Both the position numbers and the translations under genes were made by a program. Positions 39,664 to 49,943 of a stretch of DNA of 64,000 nt are shown one piece after another. This DNA comes from an uncultured Bacteroidales bacterium (GTDB taxonomy: Bacteria > Bacteroidota > Bacteroidia > Bacteroidales > UBA932). The stretch spans positions 55,167-119,166 of the forward strand of contig CALVDG010000003.1 in NCBI GenBank assembly GCA_944326255.1, written 5' to 3'. How positions within the stretch are numbered: position 1 is the first letter of the stretch; each line of letters starts with the position of its first letter. The notes under the pieces are model-generated. The model saw only the letters and a list, made by a program, of their open reading frames with translations, made no database searches and was not told where the DNA came from.

Positions 39664-40761
39664 CTATCTGTGATGATGGTGCGGATTGTCCGCCTTGGAC
39701 TTGACCGGAAACTGGAAATTGTTGAGATTCACAACCAGCTGTATCAGCTGCTGCCAGCCCCAGCCGTACCCGTCATAATGATGCACGGATGCCACTTTCA
39801 GACTCAGGAAGTCCCTGAAGTCGTATTTATACGAGATCTCCAGACGGTTGTAGATACCAGAATCCGTACTGTAGAACACATCTCCGTAATATAAATTGCC
39901 ACCATAGATATTACCGGCGATATCCGACTCATGATAAAAAGGCATCAGATTGGCACCGGCATATAATGTATTGCGGACTCCAAAGCCATAATAGCCCAGC
40001 GATATCTCTCCCTGGAAGCCACCCGGCAGAGTGTAGCCCTGTTCCCTGATCCGATCATTCTGAAATGTCTGCATCCAGCCTGCCCGCATTGTCAGGTTCA
40101 TCCTTTCAGGCATAAACTCTGATACGTCAGATGCGAGATGAGGATACAGCCAGATATTGTCCACCACACCTCCGACCGTATTGCTACCGGCATAATGGGT
40201 CATCATGAAACTATAGGACAGATTGAGCCACGCGGTACCGAACCGTCCATAGGAATATACCGAAAACTGCTCCTTGGTTTCCTCATCCACGCAGCCTATC
40301 CAATCCACGACACCTTCTACTCTCCACCATTTTCCGGCATAGCTCAACAATACTCCCTCCAGACTGCCGTCAAAGAAATACTGCTCGTCAAAGAACGCCT
40401 CCGGGTAATAGCCCGTCATACGTTTTCTCGGAAATGCTCCCGCATTGACTTTAAAGCGTTCTCCGTCATACTGATAGTACAGCTGGTAATCGAACATCAG
40501 GGCCGGTGCCGACTTTCCGAAATACCGGGTGACATCCACACCTGCATAGACGGCATGTCCCTCACCAAAACCCAGTCCGACCTTAGGCGAGAGCATCGCC
40601 CCGAAAATAGTACCGGACGGAGATGTCGTCAAAGACGCATATTCCCGGTTGTCAAAACCGAATTTCAGATCCACGTCCCATAGAAACTGCTGTCCGATAA
40701 GTTCTTTCGGCATCAAAAGAGCGGTGACGGCCAATAATACAGATATAATTATCCGATGCAT
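39664..40761 (-). CDS. Predicted outer-membrane beta-barrel protein of unknown function
   Basis: It has a signal peptide (MHRIIISVLLAVTALLMP), alternating aromatic/Gly-rich beta-strand patterning, a terminal strand LVVNLNNFQF, and then a tail ending NPHHHHR. The start is set to ATG 40761. Confidence 0.5.
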   Translation of the reverse strand: MHRIIISVLLAVTALLMPKELIGQQFLWDVDLKFGFDNREYASLTTSPSGTIFGAMLSPKVGLGFGEGHAVYAGVDVTRYFGKSAPALMFDYQLYYQYDGERFKVNAGAFPRKRMTGYYPEAFFDEQYFFDGSLEGVLLSYAGKWWRVEGVVDWIGCVDEETKEQFSVYSYGRFGTAWLNLSYSFMMTHYAGSNTVGGVVDNIWLYPHLASDVSEFMPERMNLTMRAGWMQTFQNDRIREQGYTLPGGFQGEISLGYYGFGVRNTLYAGANLMPFYHESDIAGNIYGGNLYYGDVFYSTDSGIYNRLEISYKYDFRDFLSLKVASVHHYDGYGWGWQQLIQLVVNLNNFQFPVKSKADNPHHHHR

Positions 40762-40765
40762 ATCA

Positions 40766-41197
40766 TCAATTATTGTCCATTTTTGCCTCAATCAGTACCC
40801 AGACAGTAAACACGCCGGTCTTCTTGTCGTGGAAAACGCGCCTGTCCACCAAAGCAGCATCTGCAACAGGTGTCTGAACCGTTGTTCTCTGCACCTTACT
40901 GCCGTCCTCACGCTCATAATCAGCTGTATCAGCCGGTGACAGTTTTCCGGCCAGCACTGTAAGGGCATTCATACGGGCTATCTGAGTGGCCATCTCCACC
41001 GATGACGATTTCCCGGTACCTTCAGCCCGTATCATTCCCTGCCGCTTGGAACGCAGATCCTCCACTGTAAAAGGAGATTCTGCCCCTGTCCCTGATGTTT
41101 CAGACTTCTTCTGCCTGTTACCGCAGGACACTGCCAACACCGCACACAGTACGCCGACAGCAACTATACAGATAATGACAACACTTTTCATACTCAT
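40766..41197 (-). CDS. Small lipoprotein (LPP20-like?) of unknown function
   Basis: 143 aa with the lipobox LAVSCG. Its ATG overlaps the rmuC stop (ATGA). Confidence 0.55.
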   Translation of the reverse strand: MSMKSVVIICIVAVGVLCAVLAVSCGNRQKKSETSGTGAESPFTVEDLRSKRQGMIRAEGTGKSSSVEMATQIARMNALTVLAGKLSPADTADYEREDGSKVQRTTVQTPVADAALVDRRVFHDKKTGVFTVWVLIEAKMDNN

Positions 41198-42501
41198 TGA
41201 TTATTGCTATTTACATTATTCTCTGCATCAAAGTCATCTTCAATGCTTTCACCCAACAGCGCCGCATGGAACGAACCCTTTATCTGCACTCCCTTTTTCT
41301 CCAGTTTCCTGGCCGTTGACACCACGGAGACTCGTCCGGAAAGCACTCTGCGGGCCTCCTCGAACTTAGCAGTAGCCTTGCCCAGGACAACTCCCACGTC
41401 ATCAAATGTATTGGCGAACTTCCCTACCCTGTCCAGAAGCTCCGATGCAAGACGCATCACCTCCTCGGTATTTTTCTGCTGATTAACCCTTACCCAGGTA
41501 TTCTCGATAATTTTCAGCATAGCGAAGAGATTCGACTCTCCGGTGATGATTATTCTCTTGTCAAATGCCTTGTGCCAGTCCTCGCGGAAATTCTGATAAT
41601 ACAGCTGGAAAGCCCCCTCGTTGGGCACGAACATCACCACATAGTCCAGCGAATCACGGCCGGTCTGACGGATATACTGACTGTAATTCTTGTCGGAAAG
41701 TTCTTTTACGTGAGCCTCCACACTCCTGCGGTGAGACGCCAGTGCGACAGCCCGACCGGCATCATCCGTACTGTTGCTGTAGTCGATGTATCCGTCCAGA
41801 GACACCTTGGAATCGATGACTACCGCCTTGTTCTCCGGAAGATAAAGCACAACGTCCGGCACGAGTCTCCGACCGTTCTCATCGGACAGGACAGTCCGAC
41901 CGTCCACATCCTTGATCGTCTCCTGCTTCACATAATCCTTTCCCTCCTGCAAGCCCATCCCCTCGAGAAGATTGAAAAGGATGACCTCCCCCCAGTTGCC
42001 CACTGTCTTATTATTTGAGCGCAGGGCAGTGGCCAGATTATCCGCCTGCTTGCCTATGGACATGGTCTGTTCCATCATCGAGCGGATCTGCTGCTCTATG
42101 GACGCGCTGTTTTTCAAGGATTTCTCCTTGGAGTCCTCCACAGCGCGGCGGAACTCCTCCATCTTCTTGCCCAGAGGATCCAGAATATTCTTTATCTGCT
42201 CGGAGTTGACAGCTGACAGATCACGGGACTTCTCCTTGAGAATCTCGGCAGCAGAATCCTTGAAGGTCAGCACCATCTTCTGGAGTTTCTCGTCATACTC
42301 GCGGCGCATGGCCTCTGCCTCCTCCTTGCGGGACTCCTTCTGCTCTTCCAGGCTCTTTTCCAACATTTCAGCCCTTGCCTGAGCCACTTTCAGGTCTGCC
42401 TCGGCCTGAGCTGCTTCCTTGCTGCGGGCAGAGGCCTGGATAATCCAAGCCCCCGCCGCTCCTATTAACAGTCCTATGACCGCTGACAGAACCCAGAGCA
42501 T
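41194..42501 (-). CDS. rmuC: DNA recombination protein RmuC
   Basis: 435 aa with an N-terminal TM helix, a long coiled coil and a C-terminal RmuC nuclease-like domain (VPDVVLYLPENKAVVIDSKVSL...VMFVPNEGAF). Confidence 0.85.
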   Translation of the reverse strand: MLWVLSAVIGLLIGAAGAWIIQASARSKEAAQAEADLKVAQARAEMLEKSLEEQKESRKEEAEAMRREYDEKLQKMVLTFKDSAAEILKEKSRDLSAVNSEQIKNILDPLGKKMEEFRRAVEDSKEKSLKNSASIEQQIRSMMEQTMSIGKQADNLATALRSNNKTVGNWGEVILFNLLEGMGLQEGKDYVKQETIKDVDGRTVLSDENGRRLVPDVVLYLPENKAVVIDSKVSLDGYIDYSNSTDDAGRAVALASHRRSVEAHVKELSDKNYSQYIRQTGRDSLDYVVMFVPNEGAFQLYYQNFREDWHKAFDKRIIITGESNLFAMLKIIENTWVRVNQQKNTEEVMRLASELLDRVGKFANTFDDVGVVLGKATAKFEEARRVLSGRVSVVSTARKLEKKGVQIKGSFHAALLGESIEDDFDAENNVNSNNQ

Positions 42502-42516
42502 ACCTTTCCTATTGTC

Positions 42517-44229
42517 CTAGAAACTGCTCTTGAGTCCGGTGGCACGGTTGAATACCGGCAGTTCCGGTGTAGAGTCCTTGTCCTTGATGTAGTAGCCATT
42601 GCGCTCGAACTGCACGGCGATGCCAGAGTTGTCCTCCAGCAGGCCGGGCTCGGCGAGAGCATCCACCTCCTTGAGCGAATCGGGGTTCAGATATGCCTTG
42701 TAGTCTTTGCCCTCGGGGATGCCGCTCATGTCGGCCTCGGTGAAGAGCCGGTCGTAGAGTCTCAGGCGGACCTTCTCGCACTGAGTAGCGTTTACCCAGT
42801 GGATGGTGCCCTTGACGGAACGCCAGGTGCCGCTGCCGGGCTTTGTCGTCGGATCGTAGGTGCAGCGTATCTCGGTGATATTGCCCTCGGCATCCTTTAC
42901 CACCTCCTCGCACTTTATGATATAGGAATATTTCAGACGCACCTCTCCGCCGGGACGTAGACGGAAGAACTTCTTGGGAGGCTCTTCCATGAAGTCGGCC
43001 CGCTCGATGTAGAGTTCGCGGCCGAAGAGGATGGTCCTCTGTCCAGCCTCGGGGTCCTCGGGATTCTTAGGGGCTGCGCAGTATTCGGTACGGCCTGTTT
43101 CCACCTCAGTGGCTGCGCTGCACTCGCCGTCGTTCCAGTTGGTGATGACCAGCTTGACGGGGTCGGTGACCACCATGTATCGGTTCGAGCGCTTGTTCAG
43201 GTCCTCGCGCAGGCACCACTCTAAGAGCGAGAGGTCAATGAGGTTGTCCCTCTTGGCCACTCCCACCTTCTCGGCGAAGTTGCGGATGCTCTCGGGGGTG
43301 TAGCCCCTGCGGCGGATACCGCAGATGGTCGGCATGCGGGGGTCATCCCAGCCGCTGACAAAGCCGTTGCGCACCAGTTCCAGGAGCTTGCGCTTGCTCA
43401 TGACGGTATAGGTGAGGTTCAGGCGGGCAAATTCGTACTGATGCGAGGGGAAAATGCCCAGCTGCTCGATGAACCAGTCGTAGAGCGGACGGTGTACATC
43501 GAACTCTAAGGTACAGATTGAGTGGGTTATATGCTCTATCGAGTCGCACTGTCCGTGGGCATAGTCGTACATCGGGTAGATACACCATTTGTCCCCGGTA
43601 CGGTGGTGCGAGGCATGGATGATGCGGTACATCAGGGGATCGCGGAACATCATGTTCGGATGAGCCATGTCGATCTTGGCCCTGAGCACCTTGCTGCCGT
43701 CGGGGAACTCCCCGTTCTTCATCCTCTCGAACAGATCCAGGTTCTCCTCCACGCTGCGGTTGCGCCATGGGCTGTCCACACCGGGCTGCTGTACGGTACC
43801 GCGATTGGCGCGTATCTCTTCCTGAGTCTGATCGTCTACGTATGCCAGGCCCTTCTTGATGAGCACTACAGCCCAGACATAGAGCTGCTGGAAATAGTCG
43901 GAGGCATAATACTCACCGGCCCAGTTGAAGCCCAGCCACTTGATGTCCTCCTTGATGGAGTCCACGTACTCGGTGTCCTCCTTCACGGGGTTGGTGTCGT
44001 CAAAGCGGAGATTGGTCCTGCCGCCGTATTTCTGAGCCAGGCCGAAATTGAGACAGATGCTCTTGGCATGGCCTATATGCAGATAACCGTTCGGCTCCGG
44101 CGGGAACCGGGTCATCACCGACTCCACTCTGCCGCTCGCCAGGTCATTCTCGATAATCTCTTCCAGGAAATTCTTCTGCACGGTCTCTTCCGCCGCGCTC
44201 TGCTGCTTGTTCAAGTCTTCCATCTTCAC
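42517..44229 (-). CDS. glnS: Glutamine--tRNA ligase
   Basis: 570 aa with the HIGH motif (YLHIGHAKS) and the KMSKS motif (VMSKRKL). Confidence 0.95.
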   Translation of the reverse strand: MKMEDLNKQQSAAEETVQKNFLEEIIENDLASGRVESVMTRFPPEPNGYLHIGHAKSICLNFGLAQKYGGRTNLRFDDTNPVKEDTEYVDSIKEDIKWLGFNWAGEYYASDYFQQLYVWAVVLIKKGLAYVDDQTQEEIRANRGTVQQPGVDSPWRNRSVEENLDLFERMKNGEFPDGSKVLRAKIDMAHPNMMFRDPLMYRIIHASHHRTGDKWCIYPMYDYAHGQCDSIEHITHSICTLEFDVHRPLYDWFIEQLGIFPSHQYEFARLNLTYTVMSKRKLLELVRNGFVSGWDDPRMPTICGIRRRGYTPESIRNFAEKVGVAKRDNLIDLSLLEWCLREDLNKRSNRYMVVTDPVKLVITNWNDGECSAATEVETGRTEYCAAPKNPEDPEAGQRTILFGRELYIERADFMEEPPKKFFRLRPGGEVRLKYSYIIKCEEVVKDAEGNITEIRCTYDPTTKPGSGTWRSVKGTIHWVNATQCEKVRLRLYDRLFTEADMSGIPEGKDYKAYLNPDSLKEVDALAEPGLLEDNSGIAVQFERNGYYIKDKDSTPELPVFNRATGLKSSF

Positions 44230-44353
44230 TGTATTTTAACAATTGACAAAGATAGAAAGTTCTCTGCAAAATATTATTACAGACGTACAAAAAAATCACC
44301 ACAGAGCCTACAACTCTCTGCGATGATTTCAAACCATTATGACATCCAGTGCT

Positions 44354-45238
44354 TTACAGGACGTTCAGGACCTGCTCCTTTATCTTTTCCAGCTCATCCT
44401 TCATGCGGACGACGCATTTCTGCATCCCGGCATGGTTGGACTTGGAGCCGAGGGTATTGATCTCACGGCCCATCTCCTGGGCGATGAATCCCAGTTTCTT
44501 GCCCGGACACTCCTCCACGTCCATCGTATCGCGGAAATACCGGCAGTGCTGCCTCAGCCGCACTTTCTCCTCATTGACATCCAGTTTCTCCAGGTAAAAT
44601 ATCATCTCCTGCTCCAGGCGGTCACGGTCAGGTGACAGGGACAGTTCCTCCATCCTGGAGAGTATTCTCTGACGGATGAGCGGTACCCTCTCGGTCTCAA
44701 AGACCTCGGCCTCAGCCAGGATGCGTTCTATATTGTCCACACGGGTAAGCAGGTCAGTCCGAAGCACATCCCCCTCCCGTGTACGGAAAGCCACAAGAGC
44801 GTCCACCGCCTCCTCCAAAGCCCTGTCCAGAGCCGATATGTCCTCATCCGTCATCTCTTCCTTGTCGGCAGACACGACATCTGGCATACGGAGCACAGAG
44901 GACACCAGCACGGATGACATACAGTCCTCCTTGCTGTCCAGTTCCAAAGACGACACTATATCTGCCATCTGACTGAAATAGTCCCTGAACACCTCCCTGT
45001 TTATCCTGCGGGCCTCAGAGCCCGAGACAGCCTCCGAAGTCAGAAAGACATCAATATTGCCCCTCACCAGACGGCGGGTAAGGTATTGCCTGTATTCCAG
45101 TTCCTTATCCTTTGGCAGAAATGAGGACTTGAGCGAGATGTCGCTGCTCTTGCCGTTGAGCGAGCGTATCTCCACAGTATATTTCTTGTTGCCGGACGTA
45201 ACTTCGGACTTGCCGTATCCGGTCATGGACAGCATCAT
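44354..45238 (-). CDS. yicC: YicC-family stress-induced protein
   Basis: 294 aa. The MTGYG N-terminus and the C-terminal EMGREINTLGSK and VRMKDELEKIKEQVLNV are typical of YicC. Confidence 0.85.
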   Translation of the reverse strand: MMLSMTGYGKSEVTSGNKKYTVEIRSLNGKSSDISLKSSFLPKDKELEYRQYLTRRLVRGNIDVFLTSEAVSGSEARRINREVFRDYFSQMADIVSSLELDSKEDCMSSVLVSSVLRMPDVVSADKEEMTDEDISALDRALEEAVDALVAFRTREGDVLRTDLLTRVDNIERILAEAEVFETERVPLIRQRILSRMEELSLSPDRDRLEQEMIFYLEKLDVNEEKVRLRQHCRYFRDTMDVEECPGKKLGFIAQEMGREINTLGSKSNHAGMQKCVVRMKDELEKIKEQVLNVL

Positions 45239-45246
45239 AATCGATC

Positions 45247-46134
45247 TTATCTATTATAGTTAAACAATCTTTCCGAACGGGTCTTCCACTCAGCCGCCAT
45301 ATCATCCATTCCCAGCATCTCACACGCCACCGATATATTGTAAGCGGCACAGGCCGCCTTGCGTGTATCCGGACTGGAAGCCTCCTCCAGCCATATATTC
45401 ATGGCCTTCTCCCACTCGAAGAGATAAGCCAGCCGGCAGGCCTCGGTCCACTGCGCGTTGTCGTACACATACAGAGACACATTCACCGTCTCCCAGCGGG
45501 GAGTAAGTCCGCCGGCCATCGTCACACCGATGGTCCTGAAATATTCATCCAGCTCACTGTTGACTTTCTCTATAGCCTTCAGGTCCGCTATCTCCGACTC
45601 TGCCATAAGCGTCCACTCAAAGACATCCGACTCGCTGAGATCGGCCACGGGCGGCAGCGAATCCACATTGAATACCTGTACCTTTACCGAATAAGGCAGA
45701 CGCACCTGGGTCTGCTTCAGGAACTGGCTCTGGACATACGCCTGTTCCTGAACATGCTCTACCGAGAACTCTCCGACAGAAAGAGAGTCGGCGACTATCA
45801 GGAAATCCACACCTGTCAGAGCATGGACATACTGTTTCTGAGCACTGTCCCTGAAATCCACATCTCCGGCTTTCATGACAAACACCGGCACCGAGCCGGA
45901 ATCCAGTCCCAGATCCACTTCCAGTCCCTCGGCTATGCCGCATACCAGAGCGGACATAAGTGTGGAATCCGCACTGCCGTCCTGAAGAACAGCCATGACC
46001 CCGGGTAACGCGCCGGCGAAATCCACGTTTGCATCAGACTGAACTCTCTTCTCGACGGGCAGCGTGTAGGTCAACGGTCCGCACGACACGACGGCCAGCA
46101 TCGGAAGAAGGATTGAAAACACCCATTTTCTCAT
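45247..46134 (-). CDS. Hypothetical lipoprotein
   Basis: 295 aa with the lipobox LAVVSCG. I recognise no catalytic motif. Confidence 0.55.
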   Translation of the reverse strand: MRKWVFSILLPMLAVVSCGPLTYTLPVEKRVQSDANVDFAGALPGVMAVLQDGSADSTLMSALVCGIAEGLEVDLGLDSGSVPVFVMKAGDVDFRDSAQKQYVHALTGVDFLIVADSLSVGEFSVEHVQEQAYVQSQFLKQTQVRLPYSVKVQVFNVDSLPPVADLSESDVFEWTLMAESEIADLKAIEKVNSELDEYFRTIGVTMAGGLTPRWETVNVSLYVYDNAQWTEACRLAYLFEWEKAMNIWLEEASSPDTRKAACAAYNISVACEMLGMDDMAAEWKTRSERLFNYNR

Positions 46135-46152
46135 ATCTCACAGATTTGAATA

Positions 46153-47475
46153 TCACTTTATCAGTTCTCCGCTGAGATCGTACTCGTCAGCCCCCGTAAT
46201 CCGGACATCCACAAAAGTTCCCGGAGCCGGGCACTCACCGGCACACTGCACTATCACCTCTCCGTCCACCTCCGGACTCTCCCGGGATGTCCTGCCGGTG
46301 AAAGTTCCGTCCTCAGCCGAGACAGAGTCCACCAGCACCCTCTCCACGCTTCCGATACGGCTTTCATTGTACCTCAGCGAGATATCCGCCTGCAGTTCCA
46401 TCAGTTCATCCAGTCTCTCCTGCTTGACGGACTCCGGTACCGAATCCTTCAAATTCTGTGCCCCCCAGGTGCCCTCCTCCTCGGAATAGGCGAAAGCACC
46501 TAACCGTTCGAAGCGGTACTCCTGTACAAATGACAGCAGATCCTCGAACTCTTTATCACCTTCGCCCGGATGTCCCACCATCATAGTGGTCCTGAGCACG
46601 ATGCCGGGGACTTCCTTTCGGAACTTCTCCACCAGGGCACGGGTCTGCCTGCCGTCTATGGAGCGGCGCATGGCCCTGAGCACCGGGTCCGCCGAATGTT
46701 GGAGAGGTATATCCAGATACCTGCACATCTTGGGGGAAGATGCCATGATTTCCAGCACATCCTGAGGGAATGCCGCCGGATAGGCATACAGCAGTCTGAT
46801 CCATTCTATCCCGGGAATATCATTGAGACCGGTCAGGAGACGACCCAATCGCCTCTGTCCGTACAAGTCAAGACCATAGAAGGTAGTGTCCTGAGCGATG
46901 ACTATCAATTCCTTCACTCCACTGTCCGCAAGCGAGCGGGCCTCGTCCAGCAGCTTCTCCTCCGGCACAGAGACATGAGGGCCGCGGATGCCGGGAATAG
47001 CGCAGTAGGAGCAGTGACGGTCACAACCCTCGGATATCTTAAGATAGGCATAATGCCCTGGAGTGGTGAGATACCGCCTGGTCTCCAGAGCGGAATCCTT
47101 CCTCACCGACAGTTCCCGCAGCAGAGGGTCGATGGAGAATGCCCCGAAAAAGCCGTCCACCTCGGGTATCTCAGCCGGAAGTTCGTCCCGGTATCTCTCC
47201 GACAGACAGCCCATCACATAGATCTTGCGGATAACTCCGCGCTTCTTGGCGTCCACCGCCTCCAGTATGGCCTGCACCGACTCCTCCTTGGCATCCAGAA
47301 TAAATCCGCAGGTGTTGATAATCAGAATATCCACACCTGCGTCCTCCAACGGCACCTCCTCAGGAGACACCTCATATCCGGCTGCGGAAAGCTGCTTGAG
47401 AAGATGCTCGGAGTCCACACGGTTCTTCGAGCATCCCATAGTCACTACCCGGACTCTTTTTCCGCCGGTACACAT
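46153..47475 (-). CDS. rimO: Ribosomal protein S12 methylthiotransferase
   Basis: 440 aa with the UPF0004 N-domain (VVTMGCSKN), the radical-SAM motif CDRHCSYCAIP, and a C-terminal TRAM domain. Confidence 0.9.
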   Translation of the reverse strand: MCTGGKRVRVVTMGCSKNRVDSEHLLKQLSAAGYEVSPEEVPLEDAGVDILIINTCGFILDAKEESVQAILEAVDAKKRGVIRKIYVMGCLSERYRDELPAEIPEVDGFFGAFSIDPLLRELSVRKDSALETRRYLTTPGHYAYLKISEGCDRHCSYCAIPGIRGPHVSVPEEKLLDEARSLADSGVKELIVIAQDTTFYGLDLYGQRRLGRLLTGLNDIPGIEWIRLLYAYPAAFPQDVLEIMASSPKMCRYLDIPLQHSADPVLRAMRRSIDGRQTRALVEKFRKEVPGIVLRTTMMVGHPGEGDKEFEDLLSFVQEYRFERLGAFAYSEEEGTWGAQNLKDSVPESVKQERLDELMELQADISLRYNESRIGSVERVLVDSVSAEDGTFTGRTSRESPEVDGEVIVQCAGECPAPGTFVDVRITGADEYDLSGELIK

Positions 47476-47478
47476 AGG

Positions 47479-47949
47479 CTATTTCTCCTCCTTGGGTTCC
47501 TCTCCGCCCTCAGCCTGCTGTCCTTCTTCCTCAGCGGGCTCCTCAAAATCCAGAGAGGCGTATTTCTTCAGGAGATTGTACCATGTGACCACTTTCTTCA
47601 TGTGCGACACATAGAAACGGTCGGCATCGTATCCGGGCAGAGCCTTGTCGAAGAACTCCTTGATGACCTTGGGATCAGACTTGGCATCCGGAGCATCGGC
47701 CTCACCGAGCACTTCCTTCATCTTCAGAAGCACTTCCTTAAGGGGTGTCTCTCCGTCCTCAGTATAGATGGAGATATCCGAAAGGGATGATACCTTGGCG
47801 TGAGGGCCGAACACACTGCGGCGGCCCGTAAGCATGGACTCGGCGATCATACCGTTCCTGGCCTGTGACACATAGGTAAACAGGCCCTGTTCGCCTGTAA
47901 TTGCCAGTATTTTCTGCAAATCTGTTTTCATGTCTTTAATTTTTAACAA
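47479..47949 (-). CDS. Conserved Bacteroidetes protein (DUF5606-like) with an acidic tail
   Basis: 156 aa. LQKILAITGEQGLFTYVSQARNGMIAES...VSHMKKVVTWYNLL matches my recollection of this family. Confidence 0.6.
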   Translation of the reverse strand: MLKIKDMKTDLQKILAITGEQGLFTYVSQARNGMIAESMLTGRRSVFGPHAKVSSLSDISIYTEDGETPLKEVLLKMKEVLGEADAPDAKSDPKVIKEFFDKALPGYDADRFYVSHMKKVVTWYNLLKKYASLDFEEPAEEEGQQAEGGEEPKEEK

Positions 47950-47955
47950 TATCCA

Positions 47956-48546
47956 TTAATTGTTGTCTTTCATGTCAATATATACATTTTCCACCTGCGG
48001 CAGAAGCGGATGCCTGAAATCGGAGACTATCACATAATCCGAAGCCGCCGTCCTGCGCTCATCGCTCCACTGATTGGCCATCCGGGCCAGAACCTGCTCC
48101 CTGGACATGCCGGAGCGGGCCATTACCCGCCCTATCCTCACATCTTCCGGGCACAGGACCGTCAGCACCTTATCAGCAACACCGGCAAGGGCAGGTTTCT
48201 CCAGATAGATGGCGGACTCCATAATGGCAAAGGGAGCATCTGCCACCCTCTCTTTCCATGTCCTGAAATCCGCAATGACTTCCGGAAACACCAGTGCCTC
48301 CACCTTCTCCAGCAGACATCTGTCCGAGAATATCCTGCCGGCCATATACTGCCTGTCCAGACGGCCGTCCTTGACAAGGTCAGGTCCCAGAAGTTCCTGC
48401 AGGGCAGCGAGCAGTCCACGGTCTTCGTCGTAAAGCCGCTTGGTCCTCGAATCCGCATCATAGACCGGAATTCCCAGAGCGGCGAACATCCGTACCACGT
48501 AGCTCTTGCCGCTGCCTATACCTCCTGTCACTGCAAGGGTCCTCAT
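47956..48546 (-). CDS. coaE: Dephospho-CoA kinase
   Basis: 196 aa with the P-loop TGGIGSGKS. Confidence 0.9.
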   Translation of the reverse strand: MRTLAVTGGIGSGKSYVVRMFAALGIPVYDADSRTKRLYDEDRGLLAALQELLGPDLVKDGRLDRQYMAGRIFSDRCLLEKVEALVFPEVIADFRTWKERVADAPFAIMESAIYLEKPALAGVADKVLTVLCPEDVRIGRVMARSGMSREQVLARMANQWSDERRTAASDYVIVSDFRHPLLPQVENVYIDMKDNN

Positions 48547-49544
48547 AGTTCAGTCCCGTCACTGCCCCGGTCCAGCAATATGCAGTCCACGTATCTTGGC
48601 GTAATCTCACACGACATCACTCCGTCCGGCTTGTACACCAGCTCCGGCACCAGTTCCGAATCTATGGTCCTGACAAAATCTGCATAATCCACAGCCAGTA
48701 CAAAATCCTCCGGCTGATAACGGAGCGAGCTGAACACTCTCTTGAAGGTAAGAGTTACTGTAGAAGGCAGGACTATCAGATCCTTGTCCTCAGGCACCCC
48801 TGTCACCGTCACCGGCACTGTCAGGGACTCCTCCGTATAGCGCACCACATTCATGGAGTAATACACGGCGCTTTCGGAATAGCTGACGCGGCGGATCGGG
48901 ACTATATCGCATATACCCTGAATAGGGCCGTCCACGCCTTTCTCCGAGATGGTCTCGGTAAACACGGAATCCACTGTCTCCAGCAGCCGCGCATCACCGT
49001 ATATATCCACGCTGTCAGGACGGATGGTCATGTCTCCCAGAGACATATACTGCGGTCTGAAAGTCACGGACGAGCGAGGCACCACAGGCACCCTCTTGCT
49101 GGTAATCCTCGGAAAAGTGAAATCCAGCGAATCCGTGACGATGAACTCCAGGTCAACACTTCCGCCCAGAGCCTCGACTATATTGCTCTTTATACTCTCG
49201 CTGAGCACATAGAAATCATCTCCGTCACGATGTCTGAGATTGTCCTGAGATGCCGACACCTGCAGCGTCTTGCGCCTGCCGATCCTCTGCTTGAGGATAT
49301 AGTAGCCGTCAGACTTTCCCCGGACTATCAGGACATCCTGGGAGACAGAGCTGCGCGCCCTGCCCTGGAGCGTGGAGTTGAGTTCCACGTTGTACTCCAG
49401 AAAAACGGAATACTGCAGCGACAGACTGTGTATCAGCCACACGATAAAAGCCAGAAGGAGAGAAAGGAGCAGCATCAGCCACTCTTTCCTGTCCTTCCAT
49501 CCGCTTTCTTTCTCACCGCCTGATATCCCGTTTTCCAAGGCCAT
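48543..49544 (-). CDS. YbbR-like domain protein
   Basis: 333 aa with one TM helix followed by repeated beta-rich YbbR-type modules. It sits in the conserved nusB-yajC-ybbR-coaE position and overlaps coaE by 4 nt. Confidence 0.65.
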   Translation of the reverse strand: MALENGISGGEKESGWKDRKEWLMLLLSLLLAFIVWLIHSLSLQYSVFLEYNVELNSTLQGRARSSVSQDVLIVRGKSDGYYILKQRIGRRKTLQVSASQDNLRHRDGDDFYVLSESIKSNIVEALGGSVDLEFIVTDSLDFTFPRITSKRVPVVPRSSVTFRPQYMSLGDMTIRPDSVDIYGDARLLETVDSVFTETISEKGVDGPIQGICDIVPIRRVSYSESAVYYSMNVVRYTEESLTVPVTVTGVPEDKDLIVLPSTVTLTFKRVFSSLRYQPEDFVLAVDYADFVRTIDSELVPELVYKPDGVMSCEITPRYVDCILLDRGSDGTEL

Positions 49545-49556
49545 CTTCTGACAGGA

Positions 49557-49892
49557 CTATTTGTTCTGAGCGTCAGTTATATCCTTCACCACAGAAGTCT
49601 TGTCAACACGTAGCTTGACGTTGTTGTCCACCTCCACAAGAAGGAAAGTGTCCTTCACCTCGGCTATCGTACCGTAGATACCGCCCACTGTAACGATCTT
49701 GTCGCCCTTCTTCAGGGATTCTCTCCACTTGACTATCTCCTTCTGCTTTTTCTGCTGAGGTCTCACCATGAAGAAATACATCACCACGATGATGAGAACC
49801 ATCATTATTACAAACGAATACTGCTGCCAGAAAGAGCCCTGCTGAGCGGCAGGCTGGGCCTGCGTCTGAAGTAAAAATGTGATAAGATTCAT
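49557..49892 (-). CDS. yajC: Preprotein translocase subunit YajC
   Basis: 111 aa with a TM helix followed by RPQQKKQKE...GDKIVTVGGIYGTI. Confidence 0.85.
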   Translation of the reverse strand: MNLITFLLQTQAQPAAQQGSFWQQYSFVIMMVLIIVVMYFFMVRPQQKKQKEIVKWRESLKKGDKIVTVGGIYGTIAEVKDTFLLVEVDNNVKLRVDKTSVVKDITDAQNK

Positions 49893-49943
49893 TTTCTTGT
49901 CGCTAATTTAAATTGAAATATGAAACAAATATAGTAAGAATTT

